Assembly: GCA_051362555.1 (NCBI GenBank)
Contig: CM120649.1
Span: 8,060,001 to 8,124,000, forward strand
Direction: 5' to 3'
DNA length: 64,000 bases
Source: Lingula anatina
Taxonomy: Eukaryota; Animalia; Brachiopoda
The first letter of the stretch is position 1. Every line of letters starts with the position of its first letter. The translations under genes were made by a program, and so were the position numbers. Below are positions 1 through 30,600 of the stretch, piece by piece. Below the pieces are notes generated by a model, which did not search any database, was not told the origin of the DNA, and saw only the letters and a list, made by a program, of their open reading frames with translations.

Positions 1-17626
<17,626 letters not shown>

Positions 17627-18093
17627 TGTAATTACCTCTGAGTAGCTCCTGGCTGCTTTCCCTGATCATTTCATGCTGGAAGTAAACAGAATTAGTACAT
17701 ATAGTGAGGCCTTTTTCTATGCTAGTGCACACTGGATCTGAATACAACTGCTCAGACAGGCATCTCTGTCAAATTTATAACAGTGGGACCTCTTGTTATA
17801 CTAGTATGTACACTGTTTCCAGGACCCATGAAACAACTAAAACAAGCCTCCTTGGTGGTGGTAATATTTACTAGTAACTCATTTGATCTAAGCCTCACTA
17901 CAATTCAGCAAAAGAAAAAGAAACTGGTTTACGGATATGAATTGGAGCCGAAGACCTGCCTTCAGCACAATGGTTATTGTTATACAGAGGGCCTAATAGT
18001 GAATTGATAGTGATAAGTTTACAACGAAATCGTTTGTCGACGGGTCGATTTAATTTAAAAGACGAAGTGTAAGATAATGCAATGAAAGCATAC

Positions 18094-18200
18094 CGTTAAC
18101 AGCTACGACGCACTTGACTCCTATTCCAGGTTTAACTCTCTCTCTCATTGTGCTACATTTGAGTAAATCATTCCATCAACTGGCACACGCTCAAATATCT
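18094..18200 (-). other. Probable non-coding first exon of the PARG-like gene (5' end approximate)
   Basis: Donor gtatgc at 18093 pairs with acceptor tttacttccag at 17676-17677; lies in a CpG-rich segment just downstream of an NRF1 site. Confidence 0.5.
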
Positions 18201-18266
18201 TATAAAAATGCGAAAATCCGTCTTCCTTTTCTTGTTGATGTTAAAAAGGGTCAAGGTCGTCTGACT

Positions 18267-18278
18267 TGCGCATGCGCA
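18267..18278. promoter_or_regulatory. NRF1/Erect-wing consensus palindrome TGCGCATGCGCA in the PARG-like promoter
   Basis: Exact 12-bp palindrome in the CpG-rich region upstream of the gene; typical of housekeeping promoters. Confidence 0.65.
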
Positions 18279-19517
18279 TTTGGGGATTCTCATTGCGACA
18301 GGTGTACCGCATTCACACCCTGACAAAAAATCTGTAACTACTGTATATTCATTCGACCGAAAAAGATTGGAAACATCGTTATTTTTAATAAGTAGAAAAA
18401 CAACATATTGGCTAAGGTACATATTTTAGCCAATAACCTACTGATAGATAATGCACCCATTGTCCGTTACTTTTTTATATTCATGAAGATTTTCCCACTA
18501 CATTACATATTGAAAAACAATTTTATGTTACCGAACTTTTTTGGTCGATTGTTAAAAGAAACACTCCGGTTTCAAGGCAACAGCAAGAGGAAGACCGAGG
18601 AAGAAGTGGGTAGATGGAGTAGGCCTACGTGAGATCTTGCAATTGAACAACATCCCACTCAACCAAGCATTCCAGCTCGTCAGAGACTGAAAACTCCAAC
18701 TCTTTCTCCCCTCGACACCCTAAAGGGTAAAAGAAGGATGGGGAAAAAAAAGTAAAACAGTAATGGCATTGGAACAGTGTTATTTATTGCCTCCCTAAAT
18801 TGCCAAGTTTGCATCCGATCAAGCTCTCATAACATAACAACACGTTTTTGATACCTTTTATTTTTGCGAATTTCGGTAAGAATCTTGCATTATATGAAAA
18901 CAAACCATGCCGAGAGTTTAAAAGACAATTTTTTAGACTTACTCGTGGCCCTGAATACAATTACCCTGTTTGTTCTGATTGAGACTCGTGATTAATCGGG
19001 ACCGTTAGAGCCCCCACCCCACCCACCCGCCCTCCGGTCTCAGACTATGTATACTTCTACTTCTGGGTGAGCATCGAATTGTAATAATTTCTTCTGTTTT
19101 TCTACTTTTTTTGTGGTTTTAAATAGCCCAGCTTTAACGGAAATCGGTATAAACAGCCAAGGCAATATATCTCTTGCAATTGCAACACATACATGTATAT
19201 TATTATTGGCATTTTGCTTCAAACCTTTCCCAATGCAATAATATGTATAATGCAAGTTGTCTATTTTGAATAATTTCATCTTTGTTTTCACATTACAGAT
19301 CCAGGGTACGCCTATTCGGTCAAGGGGAAGAAGGGGCATCTCCCCCCTCCCACCCTTAGTCTCCGCTAGGAATGTCTATACTTATATGACGATAAAAATC
19401 ATATGTACTATGTAAGCATTATGTGCTCTGTGGCATATATTGATCGTTTGAAACTTTCGACCACTCCGTCACTAGGATTTAATCTTCATGTTTGAAAGGT
19501 ACAGCTATTGAGAAGCG

Positions 19518-19566
19518 TGGCCTTTTCCCGGCAAAAAGGACTGTTCGTTTGACCCCCCCCCCCCCC

Positions 19567-19602
<36 letters not shown>

Positions 19603-19614
19603 GGCTACGGGCCT
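19518..19614. mobile_element. Partial copy of the CAGGCCCGTAGCCAG MITE with an internal (CA)n expansion
   Basis: Ends ctggctacgggcct; interior matches the reverse complement of ~25590-25630. Confidence 0.6.
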
Positions 19615-20193
19615 TCATGTTGTGCAGTGTTACATATACATTTGAATATACCCACAGTAAGGCAATCAATGCACAGGTGACATGTATTCCTTGACATTTT
19701 TTCACTTGAAGCCTAAATTATGCAAAAATGTACGCATATATACTTCTTTAATTTTCGACGTTTCTACTGGTCAATAAACATCTAAATGATAAGAGTATAT
19801 AATATGCGACAACAGCATTCCCCTTCCAACGTGGACGTTATATTTTGAGACTTTTTGCTCTCGCACGAAGCAGTTTGTGACAAGAGAAACAATCCAAGTA
19901 TTAAAGAGTCACAATTTGTATTATGACTGCTAAACAGCCAAATGATAGCTATTGCCAATGCATTCACACCAGGGCACAGGAAGAGCGGAAGTAGAGTCAG
20001 ATATGACGTCACCAGACAGATGTGACGTCACCAGACTACGTAACATTTGTCCCACGCCAGAGTTGTGTACACCCTATGTACTAGTAAAGTTTTCTCATGA
20101 CAGGAGATAAGATACCAGAATGCTTCCTAATGTGTTCGCCCCTATTTGAACGGGACACAAGTCACCAGCTACTATTTTCCAAATATCTGTACA

Positions 20194-22072
20194 TTAGAGT
20201 TTAATCTCATCAGACTTTAACAATGTCAAATGCACCTCACTATCAGGGTTTTCATTTTTCGCGGTCAGTTGGATAGAGTGTCCCTCCCTGTCTTCACTAT
20301 CACTCATTATTGGAAAATTAGAATGACTCCCCTCCATAGTTTCAGTTATTTCAGTGTTGGAATTCGGTCGACCATATTTGCATGACGTCACAGGCGAGCG
20401 TAAAGTACGACACAAAGAGGCAATGGCGTCACGAGATCGTTTTCGAAACCCCTTAACAAAGATGAGATAGACGAAGAAGTTTGTGGCAGAATTCAGAGCG
20501 ACCATGGCATTTGTTATGACATTGAAGTATCTGTGATTCGGGCCCAGATCGACCTTGCCTTCTAGAGCGTAGAGTATGTGATTCACAAATACCGGAGTTT
20601 GGCAGACCAAGTATATTATTATCATCACAACCAGCATTGCGGTGATGCGGCGTTCCCCTTGGACGTAGCCGCTGGAGGACTTCAACGAATTTTTTTGAAA
20701 CAGTTTGCCGGACTTAGACGGAGATTTCCCATTCGGTTTGTGGGATTTCGTCGTAGATGTTTTATCGATCAACGCTTTGTGGAACTCGGAATGACTTCGC
20801 AGGACGAAAATCAGCAGCACATTGGCAAGCGTCATCACGGTGAGGGGGAGGCCGTAAACGAACGTGAGAAAGACCACTGTGTGGGCCAGACGTCCACTGC
20901 GAGATTCTCCAATAGCATACGGGATTATCTCTACGCGTGTAACGTTTTCACAGGCGTTCCAAGTCTCTACGGTCCGTTGCCTGAAAAACCAGGCACTGTT
21001 CATCCCAACGTCTAGAATGACTAGTATCAGGAACTCTATTTTTGTGTGACGGAAGACGTTGTGTTTCTGGAACAGGAAGGGGAACCGTAAGTGCAGGCAA
21101 CGGTCAAACGCCATAAGTGATACCAGCCAAATGGAGGCCGTAAGGGACATCATACCAAATGGATACTCATACGGCTCCATGTAAGGCCAGGCGTCGAAAT
21201 ACCTGAAAAGAAGAAGACACCATTTTCAAAAGATTTACATAAATCAAACAAAATGTCTGGTTCTTAGAACACCACAATCTTTTTTTTTTTTTTTTTTGTA
21301 AAAATTGTTATAGTTTGTTTGTTTGTTGTTTTCTTGATTTGCCTCTGCTAGTACTTCAGTACGTCTTTGATTGTACCTAGTATCTATTTTATAAATTTAA
21401 AAAATGTTTCGTCTGTGCTAGACAGCACAATCTCGCAACTCAGATGAAAAAAAATCGGTTCGCGTGATTTAGAAGCATTTGTAGCAATATTAAGAAATAT
21501 CAAGTGTGAAGTGAAAGCAAGTCAGACAACTTATGAGACACACGCAACATTTGTACACTTCGGTCAAAAATGTACCTAGAACTATGTATAGGCCTTTTAA
21601 GTCACAAATGTAAAGTTTACGTCACAAATGTTACTGTAGACGTCACAAATGCCTGGGCAGCACGATATGTATATATATATATGGATATGTATATAAAAAC
21701 GAATAAATAATGTCATAAGTTAAAAAGCAAAAAAATAAGCAAACGAACGTACACTTAATCTAAAGAAATCAAGTAAAATTCATACTCTTTGAAATTCCCA
21801 GTGTGCGGATAGATGGATCGGAAAACCTGGAAAAGAAGGCAATGCACCAGGTAGAGGCTGTCTGCCACGGCTAACGCAAGTAAAAAGTAGAACGTGGTAG
21901 ATTGTCTCCTTTTACTCCACAGTACGAGGAACGTGAACGCGTTTACTAGTATTCCACCAAAGCTGATGCTGCCCACAAAGACAGTGTCAACCACGAAGGC
22001 AAAAATATCGCCTGCGTCCTGGGAAGAAGAGGAGACGTTTTTCATATCGTCGCAAGAGGAGTTGGCGTCCAT
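20194..22072 (-). CDS. Class A (rhodopsin-like) peptide GPCR, FMRFamide-receptor-like; exons 21786-22072 and 20194-21202; 431 aa
   Basis: Donor gtatga (21785) and acceptor ttttcag (21203-21204), phase 2, join ...GNFKE-YFDAWPYMEPY...; seven hydrophobic segments; TM2 LALAVAD, TM3 AFDRC, TM5 YGLP, TM6 YLVCQTP, TM7 NSATNFFVY; N-terminal N-glycosylation sites. Ligand unknown. Confidence 0.93.
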
Positions 22073-22393
22073 GTTCTTATTGACGGCCCTTTTCTATCTT
22101 CTTAATGTAGGTTGCTGGATGAAAATGTCTCTTTATTCAATTTTTTTTTCTTAGGCGCTTAAGATGTTTTGTTACTGGTTAAAAAGTAAGTCACGCTCTC
22201 CTGCTTTGGTTTATGCCAAATATTTAACACCATTTTTGTGGCCGGCAAATTTCATATGATCCTTAAACGTGCTGTATTAAAGTTGCCTTGTAAGAATCTT
22301 TGTGGCATACTTCACTGTTCTTTGATTGTTCACATATACGGATGAAGAAGTCCGGCAAACGCCTCCCAGCTGGTATCGCGTCCTCTATCACAC
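22073..22393 (-). other. Probable 5' UTR part of the GPCR ATG exon
   Basis: Acceptor tttgttttattaag at 22394-22395. Confidence 0.45.
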
Positions 22394-23063
22394 CTTAATA
22401 AAACAAATGAAAAGATTAATTTACGACGAGTTCTAAACAATAAAAGTACACATTATTTCAGAAAATGAAATGTCAGTTTTCTTTGGCATTAGCTTAAGAC
22501 ATTTTATACTATTTTAACTCTTTGGCATTAAAGAAATATCAGAGTATTATCGATTCTCTTGTCTTTAAATTTCTGCAATAATGACATAAAGGCGAAATCT
22601 TTCATTAAGTTAGGCACATTGTAATTTGCCTGTTCAAAACAAATCACTTAAAAACCCTAGTTACCATCCAATAAATACACGCAATAAATAATCGAGGAAT
22701 TCGTGATTACTGTGCTCTTTTAATAAAATCAGTCATACGTCCCAAGAGCAATTTTAACCTGCGTTCTCGTCAGTTTCTTGGGAAAGGGAAATATACCGTA
22801 ATTAAACAACCAGGAAATCATGATCTCGCCAACAGTAATTAACCTTTTATGACAATTATCATCTGTCGACATACTAAGGTATGCACCAGATGACTACCAG
22901 AGGAGGTGAAAACATCACTTTTAATTCTATATAAAGAGGTTTGGCTTGGACTGCATGGGGGAAGTCCTATTTGTGGTGTGCCAAGAGAAATGTGCTGATG
23001 AAGTCCTTGGTTTTTATGATAGTTTTATATATCACTCATTTTTGCCCAACCAACTCTTAACGA

Positions 23064-23064
<1 letters not shown>

Positions 23065-23097
<33 letters not shown>

Positions 23098-23166
23098 ACA
23101 CACACACACACACAGACACACACACACAGACACACACACACAAAGACACACACACACACACACACA
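23065..23166. repeat. (CA)n microsatellite
   Basis: Direct sequence. Confidence 0.9.
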
Positions 23167-24165
23167 TTTTCAGAGACAAAACGGATTCCACAGCTTCATT
23201 TCTTTCTTTCTTTTTATCCTTTATTTTTCTTTCATTCTTTGCTAATAATAAGAGAGCCGGGAGGGGGCAGGCAAGGGGAGATCTCTGTCGATTTCTTAAC
23301 AGCTTTCTCCGCCTGTTTAACCACGTCTAAATCAATCAATTTTAATTGATTAAAATCAACTACTGAAACAACAGAATCATTTGGAAAAAAAGTTACCCAC
23401 ATATGGTCTATGATGTCATCAGATGAGCGCCAGCCAAGCAGTTTTAGAATTTTACATAAGAGCGCAAATTGGCCCCACAAATGGCATTCTTTTATTTATT
23501 TAATTTTGACCTGTATAATTTTACACTGCAAATTGTTAAATTCAAAAATTCAAATAACAGACACTGTATACACAAGGCAACCTTGTTTCTAAAACAACTC
23601 TCCAGAACACATATTTAACGTAAATACAATTCTGCAAACATGCACTTCGATCAAAGTCCAAAATTGTGCAAAGAAAAAAGTTACAGTTAGCATTCGCAGA
23701 ATAAGCAACGACAGATGCTAAGACCACATAAGTTGCAATATTTATTTCTCCTACCAACTGCTAAAAAAACTTTCAAATAAAAGGAAGCACGTGCTTCAAT
23801 AAATCAATAAGAAATAAGAATGATTAGAATCTTAACCAAATGAAAATTGAGATCGAAGAGAATAGCTTAATTTTTTAATGGTGTCGTTTAAGATAATGGT
23901 AGGCCTATATTATCTCTCTAAATATCTTAATAAACAAAAAAACAAAAAAAAACAGATAATAATAACTAACTCTTTCTTAAAGCCTTTTTATCCATGACAG
24001 TTTCCGTTTTCATTCCTGAAATGAAAATCAGAAAAATGAACAGAGTTCCTTTTAAAATTTTCAATTTTGAAACAAAAATTTAAAAAATGGAATATTTTCG
24101 ATTCTTTCATCTCTTCACTGGAAGCAAAAATTGGGTATTTTTTCTAATTTCTTTTTTTTTCTTTT

Positions 24166-24171
24166 TGTGCG

Positions 24172-24214
<43 letters not shown>
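24166..24214. repeat. (TG)n(GA)n microsatellite
   Basis: Direct sequence. Confidence 0.9.
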
Positions 24215-24217
<3 letters not shown>

Positions 24218-24611
24218 AGGCCAAGCGATATTCAGTGTGTAAGAGAAACTTGACAGAAAGTTGATACCGTTATCAAAAATCTAAATCAAATAATCGAGAA
24301 AGTAGGTCAAGGGATTGTGACAGCTACAGCTAAATGGAAAATTAAAAGCTGGCTGTATTGTAATATTGGTTTATCCTTTTAACCTTGACAGTTTGTAACA
24401 TACAGTATATCTGTAAAATGCGACCACTTAATATCACGCCATTTTAATATAAGCCTATGACTGGTGACATGTCCCTGGTTATAAGCTACTACATGTCAAC
24501 AGACAACTTGTTTAAGCTGATGTTGTTTACTCTTTTCGGTCAACTATGATAAAAACAGTTCTGGGCTCTGGTGATTGTAACTATGAACTTGAACACTTAA
24601 CGTGAACTCAC

Positions 24612-24785
24612 CGTATCAGCCAATTCGTTACACAAATTGGGGCCACTGGTATCGATACCATGGACACTGCCTTGTAGAATTGTCTCAACTTATTTAGATG
24701 GGCTCTGGGCTGTAGCTTTTCCACTAGTGTCACACGCTGTCAGATTAACGTTCAGCGTGACTGCAGAATCCCGGATCTCGCTGCT
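24612..24785 (-). other. Probable non-coding first exon of the GPCR (5' end approximate)
   Basis: Consensus donor GTGAGT at 24611; TATA and CCAAT boxes upstream. Confidence 0.45.
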
Positions 24786-24804
24786 AAAAAAAGTTGGGTG
24801 AAAA

Positions 24805-24864
24805 TTTATAATCGGAAAACTGCGGTTGGAGTTCTCTGTAAACCAGGACGCCGTCCTTGATTGG
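24805..24864 (-). promoter_or_regulatory. Candidate GPCR core promoter: TATAAA (24805-24810) and CCAAT (24860-24864)
   Basis: Both motifs are on the minus strand, in canonical order and spacing, in a CpG-rich segment. Confidence 0.45.
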
Positions 24865-25559
24865 CTTATCCAGCGTCTATGGCAACCGCGGGAGCACGAA
24901 GCACGTGCTACTACCATTGAAAAGAGAAAGCCAAAAACCTTTTTACATGGTCAACGAACAGCGGACTGTGAATGATAGAAAAAAATGATCGGTTCAGTTT
25001 AGGTTGCCTGCTTAAAATGACGCCAGGTTTAGGTATCTGGTATTGATGCTGTCATAGTGAAGAAAATATCTGCGAAGCGAGAGAGGGGATTTGGGGGATA
25101 AAAGATAGGGGCCTATTTAGGAAAGCGAAACATCCTGTCAACGTTATCTCACGTTCATTTCTCGTGCCTATCGAATTACAGAAGGGTCTCACGGTATATT
25201 CTTATCCGATGACATATCTGTTTTACATTTTATAAAGCGTTCATTGTGTTTTTAATCTCATATGGGATATGAGTAACTTTATTTCCTGCTTTTTGTTTCA
25301 TTTCTTAAGCTCCTCACTCCGTTCGCAGAATTATTTAAAAAATGCGTCATTTGGATAAAGAGATTGGAGTAAAAATCTTGGAAGAATCGCCTCCGATCCC
25401 ATTTAACATGACGTACAGTCACAATTCCATCTCTAAAAATCCTCATGTAAATTCTGATATGACGTTTTTTCCAAATTGGGGCATGGAAGACACAATCATT
25501 CAGCAGCACGTCGTATAAAGAATAAAGCAGTTTCTTTCCCCTTTACATCCCTATTTCAA

Positions 25560-25724
25560 CAGGTCTGTAGCCAGGGGGGTGGGTTCATTGGGTTCAAAAG
25601 AAACCCCCTTTTTGCCAGGAAAAGGTACCCTTTGGGTACATTTTTTCTAGGTTTCAGGGTAAAAGGTTCACTTTTTCAGAAAAAGACCCCCCACCCCCTT
25701 TTAAAATAGCTGGCTACGGGCCTG
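25560..25724. mobile_element. 165-bp MITE of the CAGGCCCGTAGCCAG family
   Basis: TIRs caggtctgtagccag / ctggctacgggcctg (13/15); flanked by TCAA on both sides (possible TSD). Confidence 0.8.
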
Positions 25725-26864
25725 TCAAATTAAATTTTGGAAAAAGTATCTGCGTTTTTCCAGAACTATTGCTTAAAGAAAGACGGTGGCGCAGACGACA
25801 AGAGGGTAGAAATGAAATGCTTTAATCGTATTATGTATGTATACATTTATTGAATTAAATTGTAACTATAGATGTATCCCATATAGTTATAGAGGTAGAA
25901 GGCTTTCAAATTTGAGAAAAAAAAACTTCCACAGTAAAAAAAGTAAAAGGCTAAATTCAAGTTCACATTTGGATATGCCATTTATTTTCAAATATGGTTT
26001 CAAACACATGAAAATTGTCATCATTTTTTTTTCTTTTTCTTAGAAAGGAAACTTAATGATACTTCTTTTAGTACAACATTAGTTTTAATTGAGATGATCA
26101 CGGCAACAGCTACATAGATATGCATGACCCCATCCACGCTGTCTGTTTTCTAACCACTCAGACCTGTCATGCCAACAATCACAGCTCAAAATCTTTTCTT
26201 GGTCACTCTCGACAAATCCCACTAAAGCTTGCTTATTAATCAATTAATCCGCGAGTCTTGAGTTTATCTCGCATATTCCCATAATTGCCAATGTGTTTGA
26301 TAGGTCTCTCCCCAACCTCCCTAATTGCGATAGCGAAGCTGGCGAGGATTTCTCTGCGCATTCGCCGTTGTGATGTTCACCGTGAAAGATGATATAGCTT
26401 CTATTATAAAGCAATGTGTGATTAGTAAAGCTGTTGGCACATGGCCATGTACTTTTTAAATTTTTAACTAGTTATAGAAATGCTGAAAGTGATGGAAATG
26501 GTGGAAGTGTTTGAGCCTTTTATTTATGTTGTCATATCTTTATTGCACCGTGGACTATATGTGATTTAACGAACCAACTACAAAAATAAAGGCAGTATAG
26601 TGACAACTATGGGTTCTAATCCTTACTAAAGTTTTAGCTTCATTGGGGACGTCGTCATTATTATCTGTTTATTTTAATTTATTCGCTTATTTATCTATAT
26701 ATAAGGGCATATGAATAATAAATTTAAAACTTTGATATACCGATGTGAACATCTCTGCTAAGTTTTCATAAAAATGTAAAAAAAGCACATTTGTGCAAGC
26801 CGAAGAAGTACTTTAAACGATATTTCAGGTTATCATATTAAGTATGAACTGATAATCGAAGAAT

Positions 26865-26866
<2 letters not shown>

Positions 26867-26907
<41 letters not shown>
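26867..26907. repeat. (TG)n microsatellite
   Basis: Direct sequence. Confidence 0.9.
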
Positions 26908-26911
<4 letters not shown>

Positions 26912-27568
26912 AAAAAACTTAAGGTCTTTGTCAATGAATTAGGCGCGGGTGTGTATAGGACGTGCTTGAGAGATGGGTGACTACATTCAGACATTTATGT
27001 ATGTGAATCAGTATACACAATTGAATTGATCGGGGTGGGGGTGCATTCAGTGGACTTCCTTCCTTCTTTCTCCCCCTTCCTTCACATCTCTCTTTCCTTC
27101 CATCCATCTCTGCCCGACTAGCGAAGGGCTAGCTCCTACCTCAGCGGCCAGCCCTATACACACCACAGGTGCACTGCAGCCCGCTTAATAGCTGGTCAAC
27201 TCGATACCGTTATCGGCCCCGATACGCCGTCAAACCGCTGCGCTGTTCCAGGGTGATTTCTGCCGTTACTTCACATTCTGAGGGTGGATAACAGGTCCTC
27301 TTTGTGCTGCCTTGTCATTTGTGTGGCGTAATAAAATTGAAGGTAATTCCAATAGATTGTGATTAAAGGGTTTTGGTCTTGATGGAATCGTCCCTATTGG
27401 GAGCAGAGGTATTGGGTTTCTAAGGGTATCTATGTTAGAGAGACAGACTATCTGTGCTGTGGGTAATTGTTTTACTGAGGGAAGGATGGATATCAAATAT
27501 AAACTCACTGGTTATTTTGTGTAATGGGGTGGTGTGACGGATATTAGTTATAACTGTTTTTCTGTGCT

Positions 27569-27571
<3 letters not shown>

Positions 27572-27616
<45 letters not shown>
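27572..27616. repeat. (TC)n microsatellite
   Basis: Direct sequence. Confidence 0.9.
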
Positions 27617-27617
<1 letters not shown>

Positions 27618-30600
27618 AAACGAGACAGTCCATCATGTTAAAACTCAAACGAACTATTATACCGTGCATATTGCCCTCAAGACTGTGATGAGGGCGACTA
27701 CTGCACGTAGAAAAAATATAAATAATAAAAAATAGCATAGAAATATACTGATGTATGGTAAACGATTTATAATTTATTAACACACATTTTTAATGACAAT
27801 TAAAGAAAAGCTTCATAAATCAGTTTTTTCGGAAAGTAAAAAATATGAAGACAACGTAAGGTCTGTGTCGCGGCTGTCAAAGACAAAGGGGTGAATCGGG
27901 TACACCATAGATCTCTGTCGTAGCCCATGTCTCTCATGTTAAGTATCCTGACGCATCATGGCCTGCCACAGTCCCTGCCATTTCTATATATATCTCTGGT
28001 CAAAATTAATGACTTGGAAATTGCCTGGGATTATATTACACCGCCTCGGGGAGGGTTGTCATCTCCCACCTGACAGAGAGTCGACGTAGTTTCAGGCTAG
28101 TTAAGATAATGTCGTAAATGACTCAGCCTTTCATTGGAGCATAAAAGAAAACGTTGCGGCTCGGTCCGTCCCACGCGACTCCCATAGAAAAAGCCTGAAA
28201 AGTTGCTGTCATATTAGAGGCTTTTAGGACTTGTAAATTTGTCCTCTACTATAGTCTATTGATAGAAATCATTTCACGAGTAACTGTGACCTGCTGAAAG
28301 GAGGCAATTTGGGGGGGGGGGGGGGGGGAGGGAGGGGGAGGGGGTTAGAAGAATGACTGTATCAGGCTGATTCCCTTCCATGGAATATATGGAAACCAAA
28401 TACTAAAGCCCCTACCAAGTTTTCCTATATGACATTATGCTGAATACTTTTTTATTCGAAAAATAGCACAAACTTCCTTTAAAGTTTAAAGCGTGCTGCA
28501 GTGTCGAGAGCGCAAGGCTTGAAGGTGATAGAGAAGAAACGCTTGGCGTAGACGTAAGGACAACTGGATGAGACAAGATCTAGAGTTCTTTTTAAAGGAC
28601 TTCTACGCTGTCACAATAATGTTAATATTTTCATTGTTTATCAATTTTCTGTATGTAAGACAGAAAAATGTTAAAATATTTGACGCGCTAATAACGTTTT
28701 GAAATAGCTATTTAACGGTTGAACATTCTATAAAGCTCCGGTATTTCGGCAAACTTCTACACAATCTTATTAAGTGTTCTTGTCTATTTTTAGGGTCAAA
28801 AGAGGCGATATTACCTAGAAAAATACAAAAAATAACTTGTTAAAGTTTTCAAAGAAAATTGATCTCGTCCAATAACTACCCATCTCCGAACAATGATAAT
28901 TTTAATTTAAAAACATGCTTAAATCAGCTTCTCTTCTATAAAAATCACCACAAACCAAACATCGGAGTTCATTTTTTGACAAAAAGAATAAAAGCACTTA
29001 TTTGATGGGCTATTTTTAAGCGTGGACAAGTAGTGCCAGGAACGCAGCGTTAACTGCCATATGTGTCAGGTGTGTTAAAAACACCTTCTTTACCTGTTCT
29101 CGCGGAGGCACTGTTCGCCCCAGGACAGGGGTGCCTCGTTGGAAATGTTCGAGTCGCGTGTTGCAATGTGCACGGGTTAATTACAAGCGTGGTTTTAAGG
29201 CCCCGACGTGCCAGGAATGCAGATGTTTGGAACAATAGCAGTAAAACATTGCCAAAATATCAAACACCAATTTTCTTGTCTTTCGGTTAATTACCCTTGT
29301 TGCCTTGTGCCATTGACAATAGCAGTTGAATAAGCCACAATATCAAATACGTATGCCTGCTCTTGGGTTTTATCTGACTTGATTTGTGAAAATGAAAGAA
29401 AATGATGCTAAAAGCCCCATGATGGGCATTGTTTCTTAGATTGATATATTGATATTTTTGTTCTCTAATTTTTTTGCTGGTTTGATTGTTTCACCTACCC
29501 CACCCCCCTCTCTCCCTTTAGAATATAATAGCCAACACAACACAATGTGGGCGTTTATGACAAAGGCTTACATGTCTATGTCGATGTAATCCTGATGGAG
29601 AAAAGTTACTGTGCAATCGACGTTTTTTTTTTAATTCTGTGTTATTTTTTACCGTTCTCATGTGGATGGAATGTTAAGATAGTCTCTCTTAACGTAAAAA
29701 GGCCGAAACATTGTGACCTCTGTGTCAAACACGTAAGATCCAAGAAACGGGTCCATTTCAAAACCAACCATAATCTCTCTTAGGGATATTTTTTATGTTT
29801 TTGATTTTTTTTTTCGTGAAGGTACTTTAAACTGAGTGGCATCGTTCCAGAAAACATCCCTCTCATAATCTAACCGAAACACATTTAGTTGACTGAACGG
29901 GAATGAAGTGCCGTTATTCTATCCGCCCGTCTCCGTCCTCCTTCGTGACTTTCCGTTAATGGTCGGCTCCAGTTTCATCCTGCCCCGCCTCCAGAGGTTA
30001 GTAATCTCCTCTGATATTGATATCGGTGGGATACGTGTGTTTAGTAACTGATCAAACAATTCCCTACATGCCACTACTGACTGAAATTCCCCAAAAATTG
30101 TCAGATTTCTTGACATTTAGCAACTGCCATGTTTTGAGTTTTAAATTAACCAAAGGATGCCAGTAAACATATAGACTTGTAACGCTGGATGACTGAACTC
30201 TATGGAGTACAGAAATTAATATGTTCGTTCTATGCACAGGTTTTAAGTCATGAACTTCGGTATCGATGAGTATGAAGTAGTGGCTGTTTAATTTGTACAG
30301 ACCATACACGGTAGAAAAAAAGTGTACATTTGTAACACATCTAGAGTTGACATACATGTACATGTATTGTTCAAGCTTTGAGCCAACTACCGAATTAATT
30401 GTATATTTTTATATCATTCAATCACTCTTGGTTTACCGATCCATTATACCTGAAAACATTTTCCCGGTCTTTGCTTATGTCAGAAATCGTTATCGCCAGA
30501 AAACTATGGAACTTATACCGATTGTACATAAAAATAAAAGATGAACAAGTTTACTTTGCTCAAGATGGCTTTTGCGTTTACAATTTTTGAAACAAAAACA

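Noticed and set aside
20578-21049. Plus-strand ORFs inside the GPCR exon
   Set aside because: Antisense shadows with no independent coding signal.
29106-29138. Small GC hairpin GAGGCAC...GTGCCTC as an ncRNA
   Set aside because: Too short, with no family resemblance; expected by chance in 64 kb.
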